DNA of 64,000 nt from Thermoanaerobaculia bacterium. Lineage in GTDB: Bacteria > Acidobacteriota > Thermoanaerobaculia > UBA5066. Below the pieces are notes generated by a model. The model was given only the letters and a program-made list of their open reading frames with translations. It did not search any database and was not told where the DNA came from. Positions 8,962 to 20,272 of the stretch are shown here, piece after piece. The stretch covers positions 224,001-288,000 of the forward strand of contig JBBRRY010000001.1 in assembly GCA_038245905.1 (NCBI GenBank), read 5' to 3'. How positions within the stretch are numbered: the stretch's first letter is position 1; every line of letters starts with the position of its first letter. The translations under genes and the position numbers were made by a program.

Positions 8962-10289
8962 GGGAGTTTCAGACCCCGGTCGAGATGCTCCATCAGCACG
9001 TCCGGCCCCTCGAGCCCGACGCTCATCCGGATGAGGCCGGGGGTGATGCCGCGGGCGAGGCGGTCGGCCTCTGGGACGACGGCATGCGTCATCGTCGCGG
9101 GCTGCTCGACGTATGTGATGGCCCCACCGAGGCTCACGGCCAGCTCCGTCGGGACGTCCTTACGGGCGAGGTAGTTCATGAGCTTCTCGCCCGCTGACGC
9201 GCCACCCTTCACCTCGAACGAGATGAGGGAACCGCCGTCGCGCATCTGCTTTTTCACGACGTCCTTCTGCGGGAAGTCGTCGAAGCCGGGGTACGTCACG
9301 CGCGCGACCCCCGGGTGGCTCTTGAGAAAGGCCGCGATCATCGCGGCGCTTTCGCTCTGCGCCTTCTGGCGGACGGCAAGGGACTGGACCGTCATCGAGT
9401 TCAGCCACGAGTCGAACGGCGATGGCGTCGCACCGAGATCCTTGTACCAGGGAAAAAGGTCTGCCTTGAGGAAGCGGAACGGCCCGAGGAGGGCGCCGCC
9501 GACGGACGTCGAGTGGCCATTGATGAACTTCGTGAGCGAGTGGACGATGAAGTCCGCCCCGAGGCGGAAGGGCTGCTGGAGGTAGGGCGAGCAGAATGTG
9601 TTGTCGACGATTAGAGGGATGCCGAGCGCCTCGGTCAGGCGCGAAATCGCCTCGATGTCCGAGATGCGGAGCGTCGGGTTCTCGGGGGATTCGAGGAAGA
9701 CGGCCGCGATGTTCGGGTGCTGCTCGAGATGGCGCGCGACGTCGTTCACGTCGCCCGTGTTGCAGAACACGGCTTCGACGCCGAACTTCGACATGTTGCG
9801 CAGAAGGCTGTCCGTGCATCCGTAGATGTTGCCCGCGAGGACGGCGTCGCCCGCCTTGAGCAGCGAGAGGAGGAGCGTCGAGATCGCCCCCATGCCCGAA
9901 CCGAAGATGAGGCAGCCGATCGTCGGCTCCGTTTCGTCGGCGGCAAGCGCCTTCTCGATGACATGCTGCGCCTCGAGGCGGAAGAGAACGCGCTCGAGGT
10001 ACTCGGAGGTCGGGTTGCCAAGGCGCGTGTAAATGCGCGCGTACGGCCGCTCGCCGCCCTTCGACATGCCGAGGAAGCGGTCGGCGCCGTCCTTCACGTT
10101 TTGGAAGGGGAAGGTCGAGCGTTGGTGGATGGGCGGCAGCCCGGTGCCCGCCGCGAGCGCGCGGAAAATGCCTTCGTCCATCTGGTGGACGTCGTCGCGC
10201 ACCCAGCGGGTCTTGCGGTCGACCCACCACTCCCAGAACGAGAAGCGCGCGGCGCCGTGGAGGACGGGGGAAGGCGAGGTGGTGCTCAT
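8958..10289 (-). CDS. PLP-dependent Cys/Met metabolism enzyme (methionine gamma-lyase / cystathionine gamma-synthase family)
   Basis: YTRLGNPT, SGMGAI, ESPENPTL, VDNTF, HSLTKFINGH (PLP lysine), AVSLGG. Start ATG 10289. Confidence 0.9.
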   Translation of the reverse strand: MSTTSPSPVLHGAARFSFWEWWVDRKTRWVRDDVHQMDEGIFRALAAGTGLPPIHQRSTFPFQNVKDGADRFLGMSKGGERPYARIYTRLGNPTSEYLERVLFRLEAQHVIEKALAADETEPTIGCLIFGSGMGAISTLLLSLLKAGDAVLAGNIYGCTDSLLRNMSKFGVEAVFCNTGDVNDVARHLEQHPNIAAVFLESPENPTLRISDIEAISRLTEALGIPLIVDNTFCSPYLQQPFRLGADFIVHSLTKFINGHSTSVGGALLGPFRFLKADLFPWYKDLGATPSPFDSWLNSMTVQSLAVRQKAQSESAAMIAAFLKSHPGVARVTYPGFDDFPQKDVVKKQMRDGGSLISFEVKGGASAGEKLMNYLARKDVPTELAVSLGGAITYVEQPATMTHAVVPEADRLARGITPGLIRMSVGLEGPDVLMEHLDRGLKLP

Positions 10290-10372
10290 GCGGAGGAATT
10301 TAGGCCCTTTGCGGCCCCGGTGCACTGATGCGCGTGGCGGGGACTCCCCTGGGTCGTAGACTAGGGTCTTCC

Positions 10373-12223
<1,851 letters not shown>

Positions 12224-12257
12224 CGGGCCCTCTTGTCTCGTGCTCCCCGGACCCGGC

Positions 12258-12686
12258 TCACGGAATCGCGATCGCCTTCAGGATGTTGACGACCATCCCC
12301 GGAAGGCGACCCGGTTCGTGTTCGAGAGAGGACAGGACGCTCCCGATCGTCGTGGCGCCGTCGAGCTCGGCCCAATTGGAGACCTCCTCGGCGCTCGGAC
12401 TGAGATAGGCCATGTTCCACGACGCGAAGGCGCGCTCGTCGGTCTCCTCCTCGTGGAAGACTTTGACGCCTTTGTGCCTCGGGTCGCGCTCGATCCTCTC
12501 CATCAAGGCGAGGACATCATCCTTCTCCCCTTCGAGGATCTGGAGGAAGGCGCCGTCGACGTATACGAGCACGCCGGTGATCCCGCATACCCGGTTTCGG
12601 ATCCGGGACTCCGCCAGCATTCCCTCGAGGTCCGGCGTGGCGAGGCCCGGCGCCGCCTCGGAAGAGTAGATCAGCCGAAAGGGCAT
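12258..12686 (-). CDS. BLUF domain blue-light sensor (short, stand-alone)
   Basis: LIYSS (Tyr), RNRVCGITGVL, FLQILEG (Gln), DPRH, RAFASWNM (Trp/Met); GAAGGAGG RBS. Confidence 0.92.
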   Translation of the reverse strand: MPFRLIYSSEAAPGLATPDLEGMLAESRIRNRVCGITGVLVYVDGAFLQILEGEKDDVLALMERIERDPRHKGVKVFHEEETDERAFASWNMAYLSPSAEEVSNWAELDGATTIGSVLSSLEHEPGRLPGMVVNILKAIAIP

Positions 12687-12738
12687 GGAGCGCCTCCTTC
12701 GGACGGAGTCTAGAGCCCCGGGCCCCCGTTTCGTTCAG

Positions 12739-12754
12739 GTTTGCGCACGCAAAC
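12739..12754. promoter_or_regulatory. palindrome GTTTGCG-CA-CGCAAAC, possible operator
   Basis: Perfect 7-bp inverted repeat in the divergent BLUF/ECF intergenic region. Confidence 0.4.
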
Positions 12755-12817
12755 TCCGCAAGGGTCGGGATCTGACAAGACGAGCGCCTTCGCGCGTCTT
12801 TCCCTACGATGGTCGCA

Positions 12818-13393
12818 ATGGCCGAAGAGCTGGACGGGTTCCTCCCGGTTTCGGAAGTCTCGTGGGGAGACGCGCTTCGCGCGCCTTTCGCCGCTCTTGC
12901 CGCCGGAGACCGGGACGCGCTCGAGACGGTCTGGCTCCTCGCCTCGCGGCGGCTCTACGCGCTCGCGCTCTGGCGTACGGGAAATCTCGAGGACGCCGCC
13001 GACGTCGTTCAGGATGTCTTCGTGAGGCTTGCGTCCGGGCGGGCCGACCTCCGGAAAGTCGAAGTGCCGCACGTCTGGCTCCTCGCGGTCGCGCACCGCG
13101 CGGCCGTGGACGTGACACGCCGCCGGGCGCGCCGCCGCGCCGAGCCGCTCGAGAACGCCGGCTTCCTCGTCACGAAAGACGGGGACCCCGAGCGGGACGC
13201 CCGTGCCGGCGAGTTGTCACGAGCCGTCGCGCTCCTGCCGGAGACCCAGCGCGAGGCCGTCGCGCTCCGGCATTTCGGCGGCCACTCGTTCCGCGAGATC
13301 GCGCGGATTACCGGCGTCCCGACGTTCACTGCTGCGAGCCGCTGCCGCCTCGGCCTCGCGCGGCTGCGCGCGCTCCTTGGAGGATCACGATGA
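12818..13393 (+). CDS. ECF-type RNA polymerase sigma factor
   Basis: DAADVVQDVF (region 2), WLLAVAHRAAVD, LPETQREAVAL..SFREIARITG (region 4). ATG 12818 lies 7 nt after TACGAT; ORF track start is 12809. Confidence 0.9.
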   Translation: MAEELDGFLPVSEVSWGDALRAPFAALAAGDRDALETVWLLASRRLYALALWRTGNLEDAADVVQDVFVRLASGRADLRKVEVPHVWLLAVAHRAAVDVTRRRARRRAEPLENAGFLVTKDGDPERDARAGELSRAVALLPETQREAVALRHFGGHSFREIARITGVPTFTAASRCRLGLARLRALLGGSR

Positions 13394-13725
13394 GCCACGA
13401 CCTCTTCCCGCCCGGCTTCGAGCCGCCTCCCCCGCCGCCGGACCTCCGCGATCGCGTCCTTGGCGCCGCGGCGCGCGCTTTTGAAGCGGCGCCCCTCGCA
13501 GACCTGTGGACAAGGGCCTTCCGCAGCCACATGCTGCGCGTCGCGTGGGCGGCCTCGGTCGCGGCCCTCGCGGCGGCCCACCTTTTCGCTCCGCTGCGCC
13601 CGGCGCGCAGCGAGGACCCTGAGCCGCCCGAGATCCGCCAACTCGCCCGCCTGCCGCGCATCGACAGCCGCAATCTTCCCACCGAAAGCACGGCCCCTCC
13701 CGCACCACCGGAGAAACGCTCATGA
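13390..13725 (+). CDS. putative single-TM anti-sigma factor
   Basis: ATGA overlap with the sigma stop. MSHDLFPPGFEPPPPPPDLRDRVL.. is followed by one hydrophobic helix (VAWAASVAALAAAHLF). Function inferred from position. Confidence 0.6.
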   Translation: MSHDLFPPGFEPPPPPPDLRDRVLGAAARAFEAAPLADLWTRAFRSHMLRVAWAASVAALAAAHLFAPLRPARSEDPEPPEIRQLARLPRIDSRNLPTESTAPPAPPEKRS

Positions 13726-14813
13726 AGAACGCCCGTACTCTCGTTCTCGCCGCTCTCACCGTCGTCCTCGTCCTCGCCGGCGGACTCGCCTGGCGCCTCT
13801 ACGGGCGACCCGCGGCCACGCCGGCTCATCCGGTCGCCGCCCTGCCGCGTTTCACGGCGGCGGCGCCGCCGGCCCGCGTTCCGGCGCCGAAGCCTGTCGT
13901 CCTCGCCGAGCTGAGGCCGCCCTGCTGGGGCTGCCCGGAGGCCGAGAAGTGGCCCGTGCAATTCCGGACCGACCTCGATCTCCTCGCACCGCTCGGCGAC
14001 GGTGCCACTAACGCGGCGCTCTGGCTCAAAGACTTCGCGCGCCCGGTCGGTTCGCGGCTCGCCGAGGCCGAGGCCGCAATGAAGAGGCGCGTGGAGGGTC
14101 GGGATGGCGTCGGCCTCGTCCTGCCGCCGGAAGACCCGCTCCTTCGAGAGGCGGAATCGTGGGCGGACCAGTCGACGATGCGCTTCTATCCGCACGTCTG
14201 GGCGCTCGAGGGCTTCTCGACTCCAATTCCGAACCTCCTCGTCGCACTTTCGTTCGCGCGTTCGTGGGTCGAGCGCGCGCGGCTGCATCCCGACTCGCCC
14301 GAAGCGCTCGAGGATTGCCGGCGTGCGCTCCGCTGGGGCCGCCTCCTGCGCCAGGAGGACGTGACCGTCATCCAGGACCTCATCGGTCTCGCGTGCATCC
14401 GGGTCGGTGCCGACGAGATGTACGACCTCGCCAGGCGGCGGGGCGATCAGCCCCTCATGCTCGCCGCCGCGATTGTCGTTGGCGAACATGCTCCCCAGCG
14501 GCTTCGGACGGCGCAATCCCTGACGAGGGTCGGCCTCGCGCCCGGCGACATGGGCCGAGGCGCCCTCGAACCGAACGACAAACTGGTCGACGAGGTCATC
14601 GGCATTGCCCGGAACGACCCGGACCGCCGCTTCCGTCTCGAGGCGATCACCCAGCTCGCGTTCGCGAGATCGAAGGGCTCACGCGAGCAGAAGAACAAGG
14701 CGGAAAATGCTCTCGACAGCCTCTTGTCCCCTCCGAGGAGCGAGGCCGACGCCGCCCAAGCGCGATGGGCGCGTCGCGTCGACGTGCGGGAACTCTCCCG
14801 GTCCCTCGAGTAG
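13722..14813 (+). CDS. hypothetical membrane-anchored protein with CWGC motif
   Basis: N-terminal TM, Pro-rich linker, PPCWGCP, then a helical domain; ATGA-coupled to the upstream gene. Confidence 0.75.
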   Translation: MKNARTLVLAALTVVLVLAGGLAWRLYGRPAATPAHPVAALPRFTAAAPPARVPAPKPVVLAELRPPCWGCPEAEKWPVQFRTDLDLLAPLGDGATNAALWLKDFARPVGSRLAEAEAAMKRRVEGRDGVGLVLPPEDPLLREAESWADQSTMRFYPHVWALEGFSTPIPNLLVALSFARSWVERARLHPDSPEALEDCRRALRWGRLLRQEDVTVIQDLIGLACIRVGADEMYDLARRRGDQPLMLAAAIVVGEHAPQRLRTAQSLTRVGLAPGDMGRGALEPNDKLVDEVIGIARNDPDRRFRLEAITQLAFARSKGSREQKNKAENALDSLLSPPRSEADAAQARWARRVDVRELSRSLE

Positions 14814-14828
14814 CGCCGCCGCCCGCCG

Positions 14829-15401
14829 TCAGCGCGCCGCGGCCGCCTTCTCCGCGATGAGCCGCGCCCGCGTGTACGGGATCAGCCCGCCCGCGTCGAT
14901 GATCGCCTGACGGGCGAACGGGAGCGGCACGATGTCGAACGCCGTGCGCTTCGTGCGGTTCTCGACTCCGCCGCCGTCGAAGCCGATCTCGTCGCCCTCG
15001 TCCGCGGCGAAACCGGGCGCGACGACCACCTTGAGACCAAGGTTGATCGCGTTCTGCAGGAAGATGCGCGCGAAGCTTTTCGCGACGACGACGACGTCGA
15101 GGCCCTTAAGGCACGACGCGGCCTGCTCGCGCGAGGAGCCGCAGCCGAAGTTGTCGCCCCCGGAAATCACGGCGCCCTTCGGGATCGACTTCGCCTTGAC
15201 GGCCGCCTGGAACTCCGGGACGTCCGCGAACGCGAACGCGGGAGTCTCGGACGGGAGCACGGTCGCCATGTAGCGGCCGGGGTAAATGAGGTCGGTCGAC
15301 ACGTCGTCGCCGAGGCTCAGGATGACGCGGGCCGTCGGGACCGCCGGCGGCGCCGCCGCCTTCCGGCCGCGGGCTGATCCGGCCTTTTTCGCACGGGGCA
15401 T
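14829..15401 (-). CDS. 3-isopropylmalate dehydratase / homoaconitase small subunit (LeuD/HacB type)
   Basis: DDVSTDLIYPGRY, NFGCGSSREQA, SFARIFLQNAINLG, GGLI. Confidence 0.9.
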   Translation of the reverse strand: MPRAKKAGSARGRKAAAPPAVPTARVILSLGDDVSTDLIYPGRYMATVLPSETPAFAFADVPEFQAAVKAKSIPKGAVISGGDNFGCGSSREQAASCLKGLDVVVVAKSFARIFLQNAINLGLKVVVAPGFAADEGDEIGFDGGGVENRTKRTAFDIVPLPFARQAIIDAGGLIPYTRARLIAEKAAAAR

Positions 15402-15402
15402 C

Positions 15403-16707
15403 TCAGTGCTCCTTCCGCGGGTCCGTGATGACACCCGTGAGGGCCGACGCCGCCGCGACGGCGGGCGACGCGAGGTAGACGTCGGCTTCCGGGTTCCCCA
15501 TCCGCCCCTTGAAGTTCCGGTTCGTCGTCGAGATCGCCGTCTCGCCGTCGCCGAGCGCCCCCTCGTGGATCCCGAGACAAGGGCCGCAGCCCGCGTTCAT
15601 GACGACGGCGCCGGCGGCCATGAAGTCCGCGAGATAGCCGAGCTTCATCGCCTCGGCGTAAATCTTCGCGGAGGCTGGAAAGACGAGCATGCGCGTCCCG
15701 GCCGCCACGTGTCGCCCTCTCACGATGCGCGCGGCCTCGGCGAGGTCGTCGAGCCGCCCGTTCGTGCACGAGCCGATGACGACCTGGTGGACAGGAATCC
15801 CCTCGACCGCCGTGACAGGTTTCACGTTGTCTACGGTGTGCGGGCACGCGACGAGCGGCACCAGCGACGAGACGTCGATTGCGATCGTCCGTTCGTACAC
15901 CGCATCCGCATCGCTCGTCACGAGGTCGAGCGGATCGGTCACGCCCGCCTCCTCGCGGAGGTAGCGCACCGTCTCCTCGTCGGCCGGCACGATGCCCGAC
16001 GTGGCGCCCGCCTCGACGGACATGTTGCACAGGACGAGGCGGCCCGAGGTCGAGAGGCGCGCGATGGTCTCGCCGGTGAACTCGAGGACGCGGAAGTTCG
16101 CGCCCTGCGCCGTCAGGACACCAATGAGGTGCAGGATGAGGTCCTTCGGGCCCACGAGGCCGGGAAAGCGCCCGGAGATCTCGACGCGGATCGTCGCGGG
16201 GACCTCGATGTTCAGGGCGGCGCCGAGCGTCCAGGCGCTCGCCATCTCCGTGGCGCCGATCCCGAACGCAAACGCCCCGAGCGCACCGTGGCTCGTCGTA
16301 TGAGAGTCCGTCCCGACGACGACCATGCCGGGCCGCACGTAGCCACGCTCGGGGAGGATCTGGTGGCAGATGCCACCCGTGTCGCCGCGGATGTCGTGGA
16401 ACTTCGCGATCCCATGTTCGGTGACGAAGGCGCGGACCATCTTCTGATTCGTTGCGGTCTTCGCGGACTCGGCAGGGACGCGGTGGTCGAAGATGATGGC
16501 GATGCGTGAGGGGTCCCACGGCTTCGGGGCGACGCCCGTTCCCTCGTGGATCTCCTTGAACTGGTTGATCACGAGGGCTGCGTTCTCGTGCGACATCGCG
16601 AGGTCGACACGCGGCTCGACGACATCCCCTGCGCGGACCGCCTCCTTCCCCGACGCCCGTGCGAGAATCTTCTCGACGATAGTGGCCCCCAAGTTCTTCT
16701 TCTTCAT
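15403..16707 (-). CDS. 3-isopropylmalate dehydratase / homoaconitase large subunit (LeuC/HacA type)
   Basis: TIVEKIL, DH, GICHQ, GTDSHT, IGSCTNGR, GCGPCLG, STTNRNFKGRMG. Start ATG 16707. Confidence 0.93.
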   Translation of the reverse strand: MKKKNLGATIVEKILARASGKEAVRAGDVVEPRVDLAMSHENAALVINQFKEIHEGTGVAPKPWDPSRIAIIFDHRVPAESAKTATNQKMVRAFVTEHGIAKFHDIRGDTGGICHQILPERGYVRPGMVVVGTDSHTTSHGALGAFAFGIGATEMASAWTLGAALNIEVPATIRVEISGRFPGLVGPKDLILHLIGVLTAQGANFRVLEFTGETIARLSTSGRLVLCNMSVEAGATSGIVPADEETVRYLREEAGVTDPLDLVTSDADAVYERTIAIDVSSLVPLVACPHTVDNVKPVTAVEGIPVHQVVIGSCTNGRLDDLAEAARIVRGRHVAAGTRMLVFPASAKIYAEAMKLGYLADFMAAGAVVMNAGCGPCLGIHEGALGDGETAISTTNRNFKGRMGNPEADVYLASPAVAAASALTGVITDPRKEH

Positions 16708-16718
16708 CGTCGTTCCTT

Positions 16719-17846
16719 TCAATTCTTCGGGAGAGCGCGGGCGACGGCTTCGCCCATCTCGCGGCACGTCGAGGCACCACCCATGTCGTACGTTCGGACC
16801 TTTCCCTCGAGGAGAACCTTCGCGACGGCGGCCTCGACGGCGCGGCCCTTGGCGCCCTCTCCGAGCCAGTCGAGCATCATTTTCGCGGCGAGGATTGTCG
16901 CGATCGGGTTCACCTTGTTCTGCCCCGTGTACTTCGGCGCCGAGCCGTGCGACGGCTCGAACACGCCGAGCTTTACGCCGATGTTTCCCGAGCAGCCAAA
17001 CCCGAGGCCGCCGACCATCTGTGCGCAGAGGTCGGAAATGATGTCCCCGTAAAGGTTCGGCGCGACGAGGACGTCGTAATTCGCGGGGTTCTTCAGGAGC
17101 CACATGCAGATTGCGTCGACGTTCGCTTCGTCCACCTGGATGTGCGGATAGTCCGCCGCAACCTTGCGCGCCTCCTCGAGGAAGACGCCGTCCGAGGCGC
17201 GGACGACGTTCGCCTTGTGGACGACCGTGACCTTCTTTCGCTTGTTCGTGCGCGCGAACTCGAACGCGGCGCGCACGATGCGTTCGGAGCCCTTACGCGT
17301 GTTGATCTTGCAGGAGATCGCGTAGTCGTCCGGCCTGAGGTCCTTGAATGGCGCGAAAGCCGGCGCAAGCTTCGCAAGTGTCTCCGAAAGCTCCGGAGGC
17401 ACTGGGGAAAACTCGACGCCCGCGTAGAGATCCTCCGTGTTCTCACGGAAGACGACGAGATCGAGGCCTTCCTTGAAGTTGAGCGGGTTGCCTGCGTAAC
17501 CCTTGCAAGGCCTCAGGCACACGTACAGGTCGAAGAGCTGCCGCATCCGCACGATCGGCGAGCGGTAGACGAGGCCCTTTTCCCTCAGAGCGGGCGCCAG
17601 CTCGTCGTGAGCCGCTTTCGACGGCTTGGACGTGATCGCGCCGAACATCGCGGCGTCCACGTTTCGGAGGAGGTCGACCGTGCGGGCGGGAAATGCATCC
17701 CCTTCCCGGCACCAGAACTCCCAGCCGATGTCGCCGTGACGGTACTCGGCGTCGAGGCCCGCCGCGTCGAGAACGAGCCGCGTCGCGTCCATGACTTCCA
17801 CGCCCACGCCGTCCCCCGGGAGCCACGCAATCCGGTAACGAGGCAT
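16719..17846 (-). CDS. isocitrate/isopropylmalate/homoisocitrate dehydrogenase family
   Basis: LPGDGVGVEV, FRENTEDLY, HKANV, NLYGDIISD, FEPSHGSAP. Confidence 0.92.
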   Translation of the reverse strand: MPRYRIAWLPGDGVGVEVMDATRLVLDAAGLDAEYRHGDIGWEFWCREGDAFPARTVDLLRNVDAAMFGAITSKPSKAAHDELAPALREKGLVYRSPIVRMRQLFDLYVCLRPCKGYAGNPLNFKEGLDLVVFRENTEDLYAGVEFSPVPPELSETLAKLAPAFAPFKDLRPDDYAISCKINTRKGSERIVRAAFEFARTNKRKKVTVVHKANVVRASDGVFLEEARKVAADYPHIQVDEANVDAICMWLLKNPANYDVLVAPNLYGDIISDLCAQMVGGLGFGCSGNIGVKLGVFEPSHGSAPKYTGQNKVNPIATILAAKMMLDWLGEGAKGRAVEAAVAKVLLEGKVRTYDMGGASTCREMGEAVARALPKN

Positions 17847-17961
17847 AAGCACCCCCGCATAAGGGTGCGCGCTCGCGCCCGCCGTGCCCGTGACGCAGAT
17901 GCATCAGGGACCATTCTTTACACAAGCCCTGTTGCAGGCTTTCCGCCGGATCTCCGGGCGG

Positions 17962-19266
17962 CTACAGTTCCGACCGGACCGGGGTGACGAGCCACTCCGT
18001 CACCCTCTTCTTCAAGGGGCGTTCCTTCCACATCGCGAGCGTGTAAGGACGGCAGCGCGACAGATCCCGCCGAAAGCTCTCCTTCATCTGCCCGGCGAAC
18101 GCGGTGTCGTACACGAACAGGTTGATCTCCTCGTTCAGATGGAAGGAACGATCGTCGAAATTCGCGGAGCCCACCGTGGAAAAGACCCCGTCCACGACCA
18201 TCGTCTTCAGGTGGAACATCGTCGGCTGATACTCGAAAATCTTTACGCCCCCCTCGAGAAGCGGCCCGAAGGACGAGCGCCCAGCCGCTTTCGTCGCGGG
18301 CACGTCGCTCTCCTCGTCCGACGGGACGATCACCCGCACGTCCACTCCCCTCTTCACGGCGGCGACGAGGAGGCCGATCGTCGCATCGTCTGGAAGAAAG
18401 TAGGAATTCGCGATCCAGATCTCCTTCACGGCGGCGGCGAGCGAGATCGCGTAGACACGGCCCGCTCCCGACATCGGAGCGAGCGGTGACGACGGCACGA
18501 CTGCGACGGCGCTCGCGCCGGCCTCTCGAAGCGCCGGAAAGAACTCGTCGCCCACGAGCGCTTCGCCGGTGACCTCCGACCAGTTCTCCTGAAACGCGCG
18601 CTGAAGACCGCGGACAGCGGGCCCCGCCACCCGCACCTGCGTGTCGCGCCAGTGCACCTTCGAATCGGCGTTGCCGCTCCAGGGATCGGCGAACCCGACG
18701 CCGCCGGTGAAACCGAGCATGCCGTCCACGACCAGAACGCGCCGGTGGTTGCGATGGTTGAACACCCAGAGCATCCAGGGTCTTGTCGAGTGGAAGAACT
18801 CCACGCGGCAGCCAGCCTTGCGCAGGAGGTCGACGTCGCCCGCCTTCATGCGCCGGCCCGGGGAACCGACGGCGTCGAGAAGGACGCGGACGGCGACGCC
18901 GTGCGCGGCCCGCTCGGCGAGCGCGTCGCGGAAACGCGTGCCGACCCCGTCCGACCAGAAGATGTAGGCCTCGAAGTTCACGGTCTTCCGCGCGCCGCCG
19001 ATCGCGGCGAGCATGGCGGGAAAGATCGCGTCGCCGTTCTCGAGGAGATCGAGGCTGTTGCCGGACGTCATGGACGCGCCGGGCAGCGCCGACGGCAGAA
19101 ACGTCGGCGCGTTCAACGTGAAGTCGTGAGGCAGCTCGTAGACGGTCTGCTTCGGAGCGCCCGCCTTCGCAATGGTGACGGCCAAGGCGTAGCCCGCCGC
19201 GACCGAGACGAGAATGATCGCGACGACGGGGAGCCGCTTTGGGCGCCGGGGGCCGGAGGCTTTCAT
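17962..19266 (-). CDS. cardiolipin synthase-like phospholipase D family protein
   Basis: Two HKD-type motifs (NHRRVLVVDG and FHLKTMVVDG), VGSANFDDRS, N-terminal TM. Start ATG 19266 inferred. Confidence 0.9.
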   Translation of the reverse strand: MKASGPRRPKRLPVVAIILVSVAAGYALAVTIAKAGAPKQTVYELPHDFTLNAPTFLPSALPGASMTSGNSLDLLENGDAIFPAMLAAIGGARKTVNFEAYIFWSDGVGTRFRDALAERAAHGVAVRVLLDAVGSPGRRMKAGDVDLLRKAGCRVEFFHSTRPWMLWVFNHRNHRRVLVVDGMLGFTGGVGFADPWSGNADSKVHWRDTQVRVAGPAVRGLQRAFQENWSEVTGEALVGDEFFPALREAGASAVAVVPSSPLAPMSGAGRVYAISLAAAVKEIWIANSYFLPDDATIGLLVAAVKRGVDVRVIVPSDEESDVPATKAAGRSSFGPLLEGGVKIFEYQPTMFHLKTMVVDGVFSTVGSANFDDRSFHLNEEINLFVYDTAFAGQMKESFRRDLSRCRPYTLAMWKERPLKKRVTEWLVTPVRSEL

Positions 19267-19424
19267 CGACCGCAAGAGTACCCTTCTGCGCCCGGGGCGG
19301 CCGCTCTCGCACTGCTGCCTCGGGAAACTCCCTCGCGATCCAGCTCCAGTTCCGTCACCTGCCGCACTGGGATCCGAAACTCTAGCCCCGGTACCCGGCG
19401 CCGCCATCCGCCTACAATCGCCGG

Positions 19425-20270
19425 ATGGACGGAGCACGGGCGAGGCAGCGCGTCACCGAGGCGCGCCGAATCGTGGTCAAGGCCGGGACGAACGTCATCA
19501 TGCGCGACGACGGTGCCGTCGCGCTCGGGCGCCTCTACGGGCTCATCGAGTCCGTCGCGACCCTGAAGAAGCAGGGACGGCACGTCCTGATCGTGTCCTC
19601 GGGCGCCGTCGGACTGGGGGCCCAGCGCCTCCGCCTGGAGAAGAAGCCGAGCTCGCTCGCCCTCAAGCAGGCGTGCGCCGCCATCGGGCAGAGCCGGCTC
19701 ATGTCCGTCTACGAGGAAGGGTTCGAGAAGATGGGCCTGACGACCGCGCAGGTCCTCCTCACCGAGGACGACTTCGCGGACAAGGCGCGTTTCTCCAACC
19801 TCTCGGCGACGCTCGAGAAGCTCCTCGAGCTGGGCGCCGTGCCGATCCTGAACGAGAACGACACCGTTTCGACGGCCGAGCTGGAGTCGCCCGACGGCAA
19901 AGGCGCTCCCCGCGGACTCTTCGGCGACAACGACCGGCTCTCCGCCCTCGTGATGAGCAAGATCCGCGCGGACGTCCTCGTCATCCTCTCCGACGTCGAC
20001 GGCCTCTTCACGGGCAATCCGGCACACGACCGCAACGCCACGCTCATCCCGGTCGTCCGCGAGCTCACCGACGAGGTCGTCCGTTACGCGGACGGTGGAG
20101 GTGCGCGCGGACGCGGCGGGATGGCCTCGAAGCTGGACGCCGTGAAGATCGCGACGCAGGCGGGCGGAATCGCGGTGATTGCGAACGGGCGGACACCCGG
20201 AGTGCTCGACAGGCTCTTCGGCGGCGACGCGATCGGGACGCTCTTCGTGCCGGTCGCTGCTCGCAGGTAG
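19425..20270 (+). CDS. proB: glutamate 5-kinase (no PUA domain)
   Basis: IVVKAGT, VSSGAV, KQACAAIGQ, NENDTV, FGDNDRLSA, GRGGMASK. Confidence 0.95.
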   Translation: MDGARARQRVTEARRIVVKAGTNVIMRDDGAVALGRLYGLIESVATLKKQGRHVLIVSSGAVGLGAQRLRLEKKPSSLALKQACAAIGQSRLMSVYEEGFEKMGLTTAQVLLTEDDFADKARFSNLSATLEKLLELGAVPILNENDTVSTAELESPDGKGAPRGLFGDNDRLSALVMSKIRADVLVILSDVDGLFTGNPAHDRNATLIPVVRELTDEVVRYADGGGARGRGGMASKLDAVKIATQAGGIAVIANGRTPGVLDRLFGGDAIGTLFVPVAARR

Positions 20271-20272
20271 AG

